64,000 nucleotides of DNA from Desulfatiglandales bacterium (GCA_049366815.1 JBMNCO010000068.1:30256-94255), one strand, 5' to 3'. Numbered from the stretch's first letter, positions 35,293 through 45,265 are shown. The notes: generated by a model not told the origin, from the letters alone. Numbers and translations are program-made.

Positions 35293-36309
35293 TTATTCGA
35301 TGACACCGATTTCCCGGTAGTATTTGGCGGCCCCCGGGTGAAGCTCCACCATGACGTCCCTTGCCATGATCTCTGGAGTAAGATCTCTCAGATTGGCGTG
35401 AACCTTGTGGAGATAATCCAGCTTTTCGTGCATGGCCTTCACCACGTCATACACCAGGTCATCGGGCTGATCGACACTGGTCAGCAGGATAAGTTTCGAG
35501 TTCAAGGTGCGGCAGTCCTCCTCCTGCCAGGGATAGGTCTTGGCCGGTATGGTGAAGGGCTCCATCCCGAGCTCCTTGCCGAGGGCCTGAAGCTTGTCCT
35601 CGTCAATGGAGAGCATCCTTAATTTGTGCTTTTGACCGTGTTCCAGATACCTGCTGGCTGGGAACTGGGCCACCTCCTGCGCGGCGTCGAGCTGTCCCGC
35701 ATCCCAGAGATCTACGGCCTGGGCGGATGGGATGTAATGCACCTTTCCTCCCCATTTCTCGATATTTTTATAGGAGGCCCCATAGGCCTCCAGGACCTTT
35801 TCGCCGGAAAGGTGCATGATGGTTCCCCTTCGATTTGCGCACACACGCAGGGGATATTTTTTCTCCGCGAGATCCTGGAAGCTCTTGATACCCGTCTTCT
35901 CGTCGATAATGAACTGGAAGGCGCCGGTGGGATTGAGAACCGCAACGGTCCTGACATTGGGATATTTTTTCTTGTAGGGTTCCATGCCGCTGAAGGCTGC
36001 AAAGTTTGTGGCATCGTAGGTGACCGCAAACTGGACCTCGTTTCGGCTGATCATGACCTGATTGGGGCCGTCCTTTCCCGGTTCCGTGGTAATCTGTGCG
36101 TCGGGAAGGGATCGTCGGATGCTTTCGGCGACACCCTCCGTAATCACGGACCAGACGCCTCCGACAGATCCTCCCAGGATCGTCATTTTATAGTCCTTGC
36201 CGGCGGCCTGGACGTGGCCCGGCGTCAACAAGAGGGTCAAGGACAACAGCAGACCAAAGGCCGGCATCACGATGGAAAGACATCTATTCTGAAATTTTCT
36301 CACACACAT
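35293..36309 (-). CDS. TAXI-family TRAP transporter solute-binding protein
   Basis: ATG at 36309 (GAGGAGGAG SD); the track start at 36324 is TTG. Signal peptide ...LLSLTLLLTPGHVQA. ILGGSVGGVWSVITEGVAE and HPGAAKYYRE blocks are typical of TAXI receptors. Confidence 0.78.
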   Translation of the reverse strand: MCVRKFQNRCLSIVMPAFGLLLSLTLLLTPGHVQAAGKDYKMTILGGSVGGVWSVITEGVAESIRRSLPDAQITTEPGKDGPNQVMISRNEVQFAVTYDATNFAAFSGMEPYKKKYPNVRTVAVLNPTGAFQFIIDEKTGIKSFQDLAEKKYPLRVCANRRGTIMHLSGEKVLEAYGASYKNIEKWGGKVHYIPSAQAVDLWDAGQLDAAQEVAQFPASRYLEHGQKHKLRMLSIDEDKLQALGKELGMEPFTIPAKTYPWQEEDCRTLNSKLILLTSVDQPDDLVYDVVKAMHEKLDYLHKVHANLRDLTPEIMARDVMVELHPGAAKYYREIGVIE

Positions 36310-36506
36310 CGTTCTCCTCCTCAAAAATAAGGGGTTTCCTCGAAGGGCAAAAAAGCCCCTGCTCTCTCAGATCACGAGCTCAACCTTTTCTATCGGGCAC
36401 TCAGAGTGTCGACTGACTCTCCAGATTTTCACCTCCTTTCCAAAGACCTCAAACGAACTGCTTTACACTCACGGCTGAAAAACCAGGGGCCGTTTTCACG
36501 TCCGGA

Positions 36507-37502
36507 TCAGATCTTGAATTCTTCGTCCATGGTTTCCGGCGCAAACAAATCCTCCAACGTCATGAGTTTTTCGGACAGGCCCTGCTCGTGGTGGTAGCGA
36601 AGAAAGGTCTCCATTGTTTTCTTATTGTGGCCCGCCAGCCCGTAAGGCCACCAGTCCTCCCCGAGAATTTCCTTGGTGCGTTCCACCTCCGAGACCATCC
36701 AGGGCAGGGCGACCCGCAGGGCCGCGGTCTCCGTATAGCCTTTCATGGCGAGCTCCTTGGCCCGGCAGAACGCCTTGTAGAGGTTTACCGCGATCCAGGG
36801 GTTTTGCCGGTAGATCTCCCGCTTGACAATGATGGTATGCATGATGGGAAAGATCCCGGTCTTCTTGAAATACTGCTCCTCCGTCTCCCGGGGATTCTCA
36901 AAGAGCCGGGCCACATTCGCGGACCCCCGGGTAAAGCAGGAGGGCTCCCGGGCGGTAAACAGGGCATCGATCTCGCCGTCGTCGAGCATTTGGGACAGAG
37001 TCCTGTCATCCGGAATGGTCTCAAGGCGGATTTCAGGAGGAAGTTTGATCTTTACCTTTTCCACTCGCCCCGGGGTCTCTTCCCCCCCGCTGCGCCACAA
37101 AATATCCTTTGGGTAGACCCCGTATTGGTCCTGGAAGATACCCCTCAGCCAGACGACCGCCGTAATCTGGTATTCCGGCAGGCCGACAACTTTGCCCTTA
37201 AGATCCTGAGGATCCCGGATCCCCTTGTGGGTATTGACAAAAACACAGGAGTGCCTGAAGAACCTGGAGGTGAAGGCGGGGATCGCTATGAAGCGTTCAT
37301 CACCCCTGGAGCGCAACATGACGTAAGTGGACAGAGAACACTCGGAAACGTCGAATTCGGAGTGCCTTGCCTGTCGCCAGAAAATCTCCTCCACCGGAAG
37401 TGACAGGAAGTGGAGGCGAATGCCCTCGGGCACAACCTCACCGGACATGAGGGCCTGGACACGGTCGGAGGGTGGACATGCACAGGAAAGCGGAATGGTC
37501 AT
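36507..37502 (-). CDS. 4,5-dihydroxyphthalate decarboxylase (PhtD)-like cytoplasmic PBP-fold enzyme
   Basis: No signal peptide. LSCACPPSDRVQALMSGEVVPEGIRLHFLSLPVEEIFWRQARHSEFDVSECSLSTYVMLRSRGDERFIAIPAFTSRFFRH follows the PhtD-family pattern. AGGAGG SD. Starts 23 nt after the GntR gene stop. Confidence 0.6.
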   Translation of the reverse strand: MTIPLSCACPPSDRVQALMSGEVVPEGIRLHFLSLPVEEIFWRQARHSEFDVSECSLSTYVMLRSRGDERFIAIPAFTSRFFRHSCVFVNTHKGIRDPQDLKGKVVGLPEYQITAVVWLRGIFQDQYGVYPKDILWRSGGEETPGRVEKVKIKLPPEIRLETIPDDRTLSQMLDDGEIDALFTAREPSCFTRGSANVARLFENPRETEEQYFKKTGIFPIMHTIIVKREIYRQNPWIAVNLYKAFCRAKELAMKGYTETAALRVALPWMVSEVERTKEILGEDWWPYGLAGHNKKTMETFLRYHHEQGLSEKLMTLEDLFAPETMDEEFKI

Positions 37503-37525
37503 GGAAAACTATCCTCCTTTCATTA

Positions 37526-38290
37526 TCAGCCTTTTTTCAGGCTCTTGTTCATCTCTACGGGTACGGATTCGCTCCCCTCTTCAATCTCTTTGTGAATTCC
37601 ATGGACGTTGAGGATATGCTCCCTCATCCTTTCAAAGGCCATTTGGGGGTCCTTCTTCATGATGGCTTCGATGATATCTTCATGTTGGGCGAGGATCTGT
37701 TTTTTGGACTGATCATCCAGCTTGATGGTGCTCATCCTCAATGTGTGCACATCCATGAGGACGTCCATGATCATCCGGATAACCTTGTTACCCGTTATCC
37801 GGGAAATGACCCGGTGGGTATTGGGAACGTTCTCCCTAGCGGGGTCGCCGATCTTATATCCTTCCTGAAGCTTCCTGTTGGCCTCCTTCAGGCGCTCGAT
37901 GTCTTCAGGCGTTGCCCTTTTCGCGGCCTCGGCGGCGACCGGCGGTTCAATGATGAGTCTTGCCTGCAGGATGTGCTCAAGGCTCACCTGGCCGAACTCA
38001 AACATGTCAACCATGGATTCTACAACATGTGTAAGTCCGCCCTTCGCTATATAGGCACCCCCCTGGACCCCTTTTCGGATCGTTATGAGGCCGGATCTCT
38101 CCAGTGATCGCAAGGCCTCACGAATACTCGCACGGCTGGCGTCAAACATCTCAGCCAATTCCCGCTCCGCCGGGAGTTTGCCGCCCAAAGGGTACCTGCC
38201 CTTGAAAATGGCCTGTTTGATTTGCTCCTCTATCAACCGGGAGACCCTTTTCCTCCGAACGGGGACAAAATGATTTATTTCTTCAGGCAT
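37526..38290 (-). CDS. GntR-family transcriptional regulator, FadR/FCD subfamily (copy 1)
   Basis: wHTH LPAERELAEMFDASRASIREALRSLERSGLITIRKGVQGG, plus an all-helical FCD C-terminal domain. Confidence 0.9.
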   Translation of the reverse strand: MPEEINHFVPVRRKRVSRLIEEQIKQAIFKGRYPLGGKLPAERELAEMFDASRASIREALRSLERSGLITIRKGVQGGAYIAKGGLTHVVESMVDMFEFGQVSLEHILQARLIIEPPVAAEAAKRATPEDIERLKEANRKLQEGYKIGDPARENVPNTHRVISRITGNKVIRMIMDVLMDVHTLRMSTIKLDDQSKKQILAQHEDIIEAIMKKDPQMAFERMREHILNVHGIHKEIEEGSESVPVEMNKSLKKG

Positions 38291-38536
38291 GTTCTCCTCT
38301 AATCTAAGAAGCTGTCCATCGAAGGATCATTTATCCATAAGAGGGGCTGCCACCCCTCTTCCCGCACCACTGGTTCGGGCTATTGCACTAACAATTTAAT
38401 GGATAATGTTTAACCCATTACGACTTTACAGATGGATTGTCAACAAAAAATAACCACACGGCGATTAGATTACGCCGTACCACCCCCAACATGCCGATGG
38501 CTGCATCGCCTTTTCAGTATGTCTTTTGCCACAAGC

Positions 38537-40927
38537 TCAGGCCTTAAAGACATTACAGGGATGCCCTTTTATGAAGAGTGATCCACTTATCGGATCCTTG
38601 TCCTCTGTGCGATACAGCAGGTTGACGTTCGCCCCCTCCTGGGAATAGGGATCACAGCCGTTGAGCTTCAGGGCATCGCATTCCTGCCACCAGCCATTCT
38701 GGGTACACACCACGCCAGGGGCTATCGACTGCGTGAGTTTTGCCTGCAGACTTATTTTCCCCCAAGGTGTTTCAAGTATGACTCGTTCACCATCTCTGAT
38801 TCCCAGCTCATCCGCCTTTTCAGGATTGATCTCCAGAAAGGGATGGGGGATGCGTTTACGCAGTGAAGGCAGCGCGCGATGTTGGGAATGGCTGTATTCA
38901 ACGACCTTACTGTTGATAAGACGAAGAGGGTACTTTTCTGAAATGTCTTTATCCGAAAAACAGGATGAGGCCGGATCCCGCCAAGCCGGCAGGGGATCAT
39001 ATCCATGATCTTTAAAAATGGTGGAGTATATTTCTATCCTCTTTGACGGTGTAGGCAGGCCCGAGAAATTTCCCGATTCATCCTTCTTGCTGTATTTCCT
39101 GTATGCAACGGGAAGGTCGATTTCCATCAGACCGGAGTTCATCCTCAATTGTTCCACCGTGACATTTGACGGGGCAAATTGATGATTGACCCCCGCTTCG
39201 ATATCGCCGTCCCAGAAAAGATCCCCCAGGCCGAGCCTTTTGGCAAGCTCGAACATGATCTTCATATCAGGCCAGGACTCGTGCTGCGGCGGCACGACCG
39301 CCGGGCGCAACTGTATATAACCCTTGTCTCCGAGTGGTCCGATATTCGATCCAACATGCCAGCATTCCCACGAACTGGCCGCGGGCAGCACGATATCGGC
39401 CAACTCCGCCGTCGGGGAAAGAAAGAGTTCGGTTTGAACGTGGAACTCCAAGCGTGAAATCGCTTCCCTGGCCAGCAGACTCGGGGCATTGGACATGATG
39501 AGATTTCCGCCGAAGCCCACCATCCCTCTGATGGGATAAGGCTTGCCAGTGAGAACAGCATGATAGATCTCGTAAGCCTGGGTGCTCTTGAAGGTCCCCC
39601 CAGGCCCTAGGGGCCGTTCAGCGGAACCGAGCCGCTTTCTGTCCACCTCCGGGCTCAGAAGGTCGTGTCCGAGAATCGGGTTGCTGGCGGGCCCCCGGAG
39701 GATGACATTCCCGCCGGGCGTGTCGAAATTCCCGGTCAGTGCGTAAAGGATACAAATGGCGCGATTCGTTTGAGTCGCATTGATGCTCTGTTCAATACCG
39801 TTCCATGAATACCAGGAGGCGGGCTTGATATTGAAAAACATGTCCGAGGCCTCCAGGATCTTATGCCGCGGAATTCCGGTCATGGTTTCGGTCATTTCCG
39901 GAGTGTACGGGGCTGCCGCCTCCCGCAACAGTCTGAAAACCGTCTTACACCCAACCGTTCTCCGGTCCCTCAGTCTGAAGTTGTGTCCCCCATCGATAAC
40001 GGGGAGAACTTTCACCGGCCTTCCGGGAGAACAGTACGCTGTTCGACCGTCGGCAGCACCCATCACAACATAGTCTGAGAAGCCACCTTCCTCTTCCAGG
40101 TCGCCGGGTCTAAGAAAATCGCCCGTGTCGCTCCTGACAAAAAACGGAGCGGTCGTCCAGTCTCTGACGAATTCCTGATCGTAGAGTTTGTCCTCAATTG
40201 CCTTGTTGATCATACCCAGGGCCAGGGCACCGTCCGCCCCCGGCCGAATCTGCAGCCACAGGTCGGCCATGGCCGCAATCTCCGTCCTGCGAGGATCAAC
40301 GACAATAAGTTTCGCGCCTCGATCCAGTCCCTTCTTTATATACCGGAGAAGAGAGTGGCGCGTCGCGTGGGTATTGTTCCCCCACATCAGGATACAATTC
40401 GAGCGCTCAAACTCCGCCCTCCCTTCGGAATGCATGCCGCCGATATTTCCATAGGTATAGGATGAGCCGCAGTCCCTGTGCCACTGACAGATGTGCGTGG
40501 TGGCGATGTTGTTTGGTGTGCCGAGGGCATTGGCGAATCGTGTGACCCAGAGGCCGAGTTCCCCCATTGCGGAGCCCGCCGGGCCGCTGCGGGCGACAGC
40601 AATGGATTCCGGGCCGTATTTCGATTGTATTTCCTTGAGTCTCGCCGCAATGGTATCCAAGGCATCTTCCCAGGAGATCCTTTCCCAGCCAGGATCAGGA
40701 GCCCCCTTGGGATTTGTTCTTCGTATCGGGTACCTCAATCGTTGATGGCTGTAGACCATTTCCGGTCCGGCCAACCCCTTCGGACAAAGCCCGCAATGAA
40801 GTGGATGGTCCCCGTCCTCCCGCACCTCAACAAAGATTCCATCCTCAACGATTGAGATCGTCGGGCACCAGCATGAGCACTGCGAGCAGTAACCCTTTAT
40901 CTTTTCTTGACTGTTTTGTCTTTCCAT
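38537..40927 (-). CDS. Cytoplasmic molybdopterin (Mo/W-bisPGD, DMSO-reductase/MopB superfamily) oxidoreductase
   Basis: 796 aa. N-terminal [4Fe-4S] motif C-x2-C-x3-C...C (GYCSQCSCWCP...HCGLCPKG). No twin-arginine signal, no in-frame UGA, and no adjacent FeS or membrane subunit. Confidence 0.85.
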   Translation of the reverse strand: MERQNSQEKIKGYCSQCSCWCPTISIVEDGIFVEVREDGDHPLHCGLCPKGLAGPEMVYSHQRLRYPIRRTNPKGAPDPGWERISWEDALDTIAARLKEIQSKYGPESIAVARSGPAGSAMGELGLWVTRFANALGTPNNIATTHICQWHRDCGSSYTYGNIGGMHSEGRAEFERSNCILMWGNNTHATRHSLLRYIKKGLDRGAKLIVVDPRRTEIAAMADLWLQIRPGADGALALGMINKAIEDKLYDQEFVRDWTTAPFFVRSDTGDFLRPGDLEEEGGFSDYVVMGAADGRTAYCSPGRPVKVLPVIDGGHNFRLRDRRTVGCKTVFRLLREAAAPYTPEMTETMTGIPRHKILEASDMFFNIKPASWYSWNGIEQSINATQTNRAICILYALTGNFDTPGGNVILRGPASNPILGHDLLSPEVDRKRLGSAERPLGPGGTFKSTQAYEIYHAVLTGKPYPIRGMVGFGGNLIMSNAPSLLAREAISRLEFHVQTELFLSPTAELADIVLPAASSWECWHVGSNIGPLGDKGYIQLRPAVVPPQHESWPDMKIMFELAKRLGLGDLFWDGDIEAGVNHQFAPSNVTVEQLRMNSGLMEIDLPVAYRKYSKKDESGNFSGLPTPSKRIEIYSTIFKDHGYDPLPAWRDPASSCFSDKDISEKYPLRLINSKVVEYSHSQHRALPSLRKRIPHPFLEINPEKADELGIRDGERVILETPWGKISLQAKLTQSIAPGVVCTQNGWWQECDALKLNGCDPYSQEGANVNLLYRTEDKDPISGSLFIKGHPCNVFKA

Positions 40928-41039
40928 TGATTCTGTCTTCCTCTTTTCGTGGCGCCTTTATCAGACGCGCTCTGCGTCCACTTTTCAGGCCAGGACAATC
41001 ATCCTGATCGGTCGTGATCGACAGGCCCGAATTGCGGCC

Positions 41040-42350
41040 CTATTTGATAAGCATATTAGGGAGCCATGTGACCAGGCCCTCAAAAAAAATGACCGGCAAC
41101 ATCCCAAGGATATAGAGAAGCCAATAAGGTGCTGAACCCTGGATCACATCATTTAAACTGACCTCGGGGGGGGCAACGCCCTTGATGACATAAAGCACAA
41201 TACCCACAGGGGGCGTGATGGTTGCTATTCCACAGTTGATCATGGTCAATATCCCGAACCAGTATAGATCAAAACCAAGGGCCTTGACGATGGGCAGGTA
41301 AATGGGGGTGAAGATAAACAGTATGGACGCCGGGTCCATAAGGCATCCCGCAAGAATAATCAAAATCTGCATGAGAGCGAATATGAACCAGCGGGACACG
41401 GGCAGGGACGTCACCCAGGCGGCCAACTCCGAGGCGAAACCCGTACCGGCCATGATTTGTGTGAATAGGGTCCCGCCGATGAGAATGAACATGACCATAC
41501 AGTTGACTTGGATCGTGGAGAGAAGAATCCTTCTGAGGATATCCCAGTTCAGTTTTCTGTAAAAAAGGAGCAGACATATGGAACCAAAGGCACCCAGCGC
41601 AGCGGCCTCGCTGGGCGACGCCACCCCACCCCATATCGAACCCAGAACCAGAAAAACAAGGAGAAGGAGGGGGAGAATATAGGCGCTGATTCGCAACTTT
41701 TCCGCCAAACCCGAATGGACGCGTTCGGGGGAAGGTGCCATTTCGGGATTGAAAATGGCCCGAAAAATAATATACAGGACAAAGACCCCGGCAATGATCA
41801 GGCCCGGGATCACCCCTGCATAGAACAGCCGGCCCACGGATATCTCAGCCAGGGAACCGTAAATGATCATCAAAATGCTGGGGGGGATAATGATGGCCAG
41901 TCCGGCCCCTCCCGCAAGGGCACCGAGCCCAAGGCCCTTGTCATATTTTCTTTTGATCATTTCCGGAATAATTCCGGGGCCGAGGGCGGAGCACGTGGCC
42001 GGCGCAAACCCGGTCACAGCCCCGAAAATGGTGCAACAACCCACGGCCGTGACCGCGACCCCGCCGGGTACCCACCCGAGCCAGATGTCGATCATCTTAA
42101 AGGCGTCATTCCCGATACCGCTTACGGCCACGCACTCTCCCATGAATATGAAAAGAGGGATGGCGATGAGTAAGAAACTGGCATTGGTCGTATAGGCGGA
42201 CGATGCGACCATCATGAGACCATCGAATCCCCAGAGGAAATACATCACCACCATGGACACAAAACAGAGTGAAAAAGCTACGGGAATACCGATCATCAGA
42301 AGCAAGACAAGAAACACAAAACATATAACACCGATAAGCCACCATTCCAT
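41040..42350 (-). CDS. dctM: TRAP transporter large permease DctM
   Basis: 436 aa, 12-TM-type hydrophobic profile. Sits in a DctP-DctQ-DctM gene order. Confidence 0.9.
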   Translation of the reverse strand: MEWWLIGVICFVFLVLLLMIGIPVAFSLCFVSMVVMYFLWGFDGLMMVASSAYTTNASFLLIAIPLFIFMGECVAVSGIGNDAFKMIDIWLGWVPGGVAVTAVGCCTIFGAVTGFAPATCSALGPGIIPEMIKRKYDKGLGLGALAGGAGLAIIIPPSILMIIYGSLAEISVGRLFYAGVIPGLIIAGVFVLYIIFRAIFNPEMAPSPERVHSGLAEKLRISAYILPLLLLVFLVLGSIWGGVASPSEAAALGAFGSICLLLFYRKLNWDILRRILLSTIQVNCMVMFILIGGTLFTQIMAGTGFASELAAWVTSLPVSRWFIFALMQILIILAGCLMDPASILFIFTPIYLPIVKALGFDLYWFGILTMINCGIATITPPVGIVLYVIKGVAPPEVSLNDVIQGSAPYWLLYILGMLPVIFFEGLVTWLPNMLIK

Positions 42351-42426
42351 GAATTTCCCCTTGTCGGTCCAGTGTAAAAGTAACTATGATTTTCTTGCGA
42401 ATTTCCCTGAAATTTCCTGCGTCGAC

Positions 42427-42930
42427 CTAAAATCGGCCTGTCGATTCTCCTGAGCGGTATGTGTTGATATTCTTGATGGCCTTGGCAAGGGTCTGAAGCA
42501 TAAGGAAAAAACCGCCGACAGGCACGATAATGTAACTCGGGAACAGGGGCAGAAGGCTGATGGAGGTGGTGCGGGCATAAAGATTTTCCCATGCCAGTTC
42601 CCAGCCCTTTATCATGAGCACGACACAGAAGGTCACTATGGCCAGATAATGACAACATTTCAGGAAAAACCGCTTTCGGGTTGAAAAGGCATCGAAGAAA
42701 AGGGAGATGTTCACATGGCCGTCAACCTGCAGGGTATAGGCACCACCTAAAAAGACGGCTCCCACCAGCAGGAATTCCGAGAAGTCCAGAGGCCAATCCA
42801 GGGGACTGTTTAAAACATATCGCATGATCACCGCATACACATTGGAAACAATCAAGACAAGGACTAAAAATCCTGCCAAGATTGCCAAAGCCCGACAAAT
42901 CGTATCAATCAATCTGATGAATCCCGTCAT
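42427..42930 (-). CDS. dctQ: TRAP transporter small permease DctQ
   Basis: Start chosen at ATG 42930 (GAGGG SD 7 nt upstream). 167 aa with 4 hydrophobic helices. Confidence 0.8.
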   Translation of the reverse strand: MTGFIRLIDTICRALAILAGFLVLVLIVSNVYAVIMRYVLNSPLDWPLDFSEFLLVGAVFLGGAYTLQVDGHVNISLFFDAFSTRKRFFLKCCHYLAIVTFCVVLMIKGWELAWENLYARTTSISLLPLFPSYIIVPVGGFFLMLQTLAKAIKNINTYRSGESTGRF

Positions 42931-43016
42931 TTCACGCCCTCGATCCATTGGAATTGAAGTGGTCTTCAAACGCGGACCGTCGGCATTTGAAGACCTGATT
43001 TTGAGTATCGTCCAAT

Positions 43017-44027
43017 TCACTCACCGGTCTTTTTGAATGCCTGAATAATGCTTTCGGCATATTTTGGGGAAAGCTTGTGGGCCGCTTCGTTCGCCCCCTT
43101 CTCCACGGCTTCGAGAAAAGCCCTCTTCTCATCTTCGGGCAGATCGAAAAATACAACATTCTGCTGGGGAAATTTTCCCATAAGTGCCTGATCTTTCTTT
43201 TCCCAGAAATCGACTGCCTGGCGTGTTGCATCCTTTCCGGCTTCAAGGAGGATCTTCTGAAACTCATCGGACAGTTTGTCCCATGCCCTCAAGCTGATGC
43301 AGATATCTCCCGTTGCCCATGTCACGGGCGTGCTGATGCCATAACGGGTCAATTCGTATTCTTTAAAACTGTTCAAAGCCGGCAGATTTCTCACCGCGCC
43401 GTCGATAATTCCCCTTTCCAAGGCGATGTAGACCTCTGTAGAAGGTGTCGTCACCGGCGTTGCGCCCAGGGCCTTTACAATAAAGGGCACATACCCCCCA
43501 TGGCCCCGGATTTTCATGCCCTTCAGATCAGCCATACTTTTCAAAGGTTCCTTTGTCCAGAGGTAGAAGGGGAAGACCTGGGTACATCCAATAGGCTTGA
43601 TCTTCAGTTCCTTTTCTAGAAGCGGACCCACGATCCGCCGTGTTTCATAGTAAGCGGCCGACTCTGTTTTGTATGAACGGAATAACGGATAGGCATCGGC
43701 AATACCCGCGGCCGGGACCCGTCCCCCATGATAACCCACACAGGTCTGCATGACATCGATGGTGCCGGCCTGTCCTGCCGTTGAAAAATCCTTTTCTTTT
43801 ACATATTCCGGCCCGCCAACCCATCTGATTTGCAGTCGGCCCTGTGAACGTTCTTTGACCAGATCAAAAAAACGAAAATAGATCGTGGTAAACGGTGAGG
43901 TTTGGGGCCAGGCGCCTGTAGCCTTTAAGACGGTGGGTTCCGCGGCGGCCCGGTCAGGGGACAAAACAGAACAGCCGAATACCAATAAAACGGCAATTCC
44001 CAACAAAATGACCCGGTTTCTCTTCAT
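43017..44027 (-). CDS. dctP: TRAP transporter substrate-binding protein DctP family
   Basis: ATG at 44027 with an AGGAGG SD. Signal peptide with lipobox-like LLVFGCS. DctP-type fold blocks LKGMKIRGHGG and NSFKEYELTRY. Confidence 0.88.
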   Translation of the reverse strand: MKRNRVILLGIAVLLVFGCSVLSPDRAAAEPTVLKATGAWPQTSPFTTIYFRFFDLVKERSQGRLQIRWVGGPEYVKEKDFSTAGQAGTIDVMQTCVGYHGGRVPAAGIADAYPLFRSYKTESAAYYETRRIVGPLLEKELKIKPIGCTQVFPFYLWTKEPLKSMADLKGMKIRGHGGYVPFIVKALGATPVTTPSTEVYIALERGIIDGAVRNLPALNSFKEYELTRYGISTPVTWATGDICISLRAWDKLSDEFQKILLEAGKDATRQAVDFWEKKDQALMGKFPQQNVVFFDLPEDEKRAFLEAVEKGANEAAHKLSPKYAESIIQAFKKTGE

Positions 44028-44177
44028 TTTTGACCTCCTATGCTTGAAAAATTGGAAAAGAAAGTACGCCACTACTGTCTCAGTTATGACTGAAACCACA
44101 GGTCGCGATATGCGCCCTGCATACGCTTCTTCACAGGACCTCGAATCCATAACGAATTGACATCACAGAATAAAACT

Positions 44178-44963
44178 TCATTGTATTTCGTGAATGACTG
44201 ATGTGCCGGGAATTCGCGCACTATCCCCGGCGGCCTTTTCAAGCCGGGAAAGCTCCTTTTGTATGCCTATGATATGCCCTCTCATTTCTTCATACGCCAT
44301 GTCGGGGTCTCCCTTTCTTATTCCCTCTATAATTTGCGCGTGTTGCCGTATGAGTTCATGCTTTCCTTGATCGTCCAGCCGGATACCCTTCATACGCGAG
44401 GCATGGATATCCGTGAGCACCTTCATGAGCAGGGCGAATACGCGATTGCCCGATATCTCCGCAATCAAGCTGTGGACACTCTGGTCATGCCCGATATCCG
44501 CCCCACCGCACATCAACTCCTCCGCGTGCCGTTGACAAGCCTCTTCCAGTTTCTTGATATCTTCCTTTCCAGCCCTCCGTGCCGCCTCTGCGGCCACGGG
44601 GGGCTCTATTGCAAGTCTCGCCTGCCTGATCTCCTCAAGACTCACCTGTCCGAGCTGAAGCATATCCTTGAAGGAATCTACAATGGGACGCGGATCGCTG
44701 ATATTTACATAGGCCCCTCCGAGCACCCCCTTTTTGACCTTGATCAGGCCGGCTTTCTCCAAAGAACGGAGGGCCTCCCTGACGCTTGAGCGGCTTGCAT
44801 CAAACATCTCGGCAAGCTCACGTTCAGGAGGTATCCTGTCGCCCTCTCCAAAATGGTTGTCAAATATGGCCTGTCTAATCTGAGTTTCTATGAGATGGGA
44901 AATTCTCTGGGGTCGAACACTTGAGAATATCTTTTTGCTCATCTTTATTGATTTTTCGTTCAT
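44178..44963 (-). CDS. GntR-family transcriptional regulator, FadR/FCD subfamily (copy 2, paralogue of 37526..38290)
   Basis: IPPERELAEMFDASRSSVREALRSLEKAGLIKVKKGVLGG. Shares AIEPPVAAEAARRA and the LDDQ...HA.IIEGI blocks with copy 1. Confidence 0.9.
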   Translation of the reverse strand: MNEKSIKMSKKIFSSVRPQRISHLIETQIRQAIFDNHFGEGDRIPPERELAEMFDASRSSVREALRSLEKAGLIKVKKGVLGGAYVNISDPRPIVDSFKDMLQLGQVSLEEIRQARLAIEPPVAAEAARRAGKEDIKKLEEACQRHAEELMCGGADIGHDQSVHSLIAEISGNRVFALLMKVLTDIHASRMKGIRLDDQGKHELIRQHAQIIEGIRKGDPDMAYEEMRGHIIGIQKELSRLEKAAGDSARIPGTSVIHEIQ

Positions 44964-45024
44964 TCGGTTTCACCAACGGATGGTCCAGAAATGACATGAA
45001 AGATATAATGAATTAATCAATTAA

Positions 45025-45034
45025 TGGTCAGACC
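45025..45034 (-). promoter_or_regulatory. FadR/GntR-type operator candidate TGGTCAGACC
   Basis: Near-palindromic GGT-n3-ACC core resembling the E. coli FadR site core TGGTCnGAC. Lies at about +2 to +11 of the predicted GntR copy-2 promoter. Confidence 0.4.
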
Positions 45035-45042
45035 TTTATTCC

Positions 45043-45071
45043 TGCATACAATTTTATGATGTTCTTGTCAA
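45043..45071 (-). promoter_or_regulatory. Promoter candidate for GntR copy 2 (TTGACA-17-TATGCA)
   Basis: The minus strand reads ATTTTCTGTTGACAA. This 15-mer is identical to the one at the tRNA promoter (47713-47727). -10 TATGCA at 45048-45043. Confidence 0.4.
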
Positions 45072-45229
45072 CAGAAAATATGGCCGTATCATTCTTCCCG
45101 AATACTTGACAGGGCGGATGAATATGTAAAATTGCCATCTTTGACTCTTGATTTCCACCGAGGCAGCGAAAGGTGGGGCCGGAATTTTCCTGTTGGATCC
45201 AGACGGGCTTTGATATCTTTTGACCGCAC

Positions 45230-45265
45230 AAAAAAACCGAGGCTGATAACTTCGATCAGCCTCGG
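45230..45265 (-). terminator. Rho-independent terminator of the CoA-ligase gene
   Basis: The minus strand shows CCGAGGCTGAT-cgaagtt-ATCAGCCTCGG followed by TTTTTTT. 11-bp perfect stem, ~90 nt after the stop. Confidence 0.85.

Noticed and set aside
45028-45231. 67-aa ORF between GntR copy 2 and the CoA-ligase terminator.
   Set aside because: No SD and no recognisable motif. It spans the predicted promoter/operator and the terminator flank, so it is more likely non-coding regulatory DNA.
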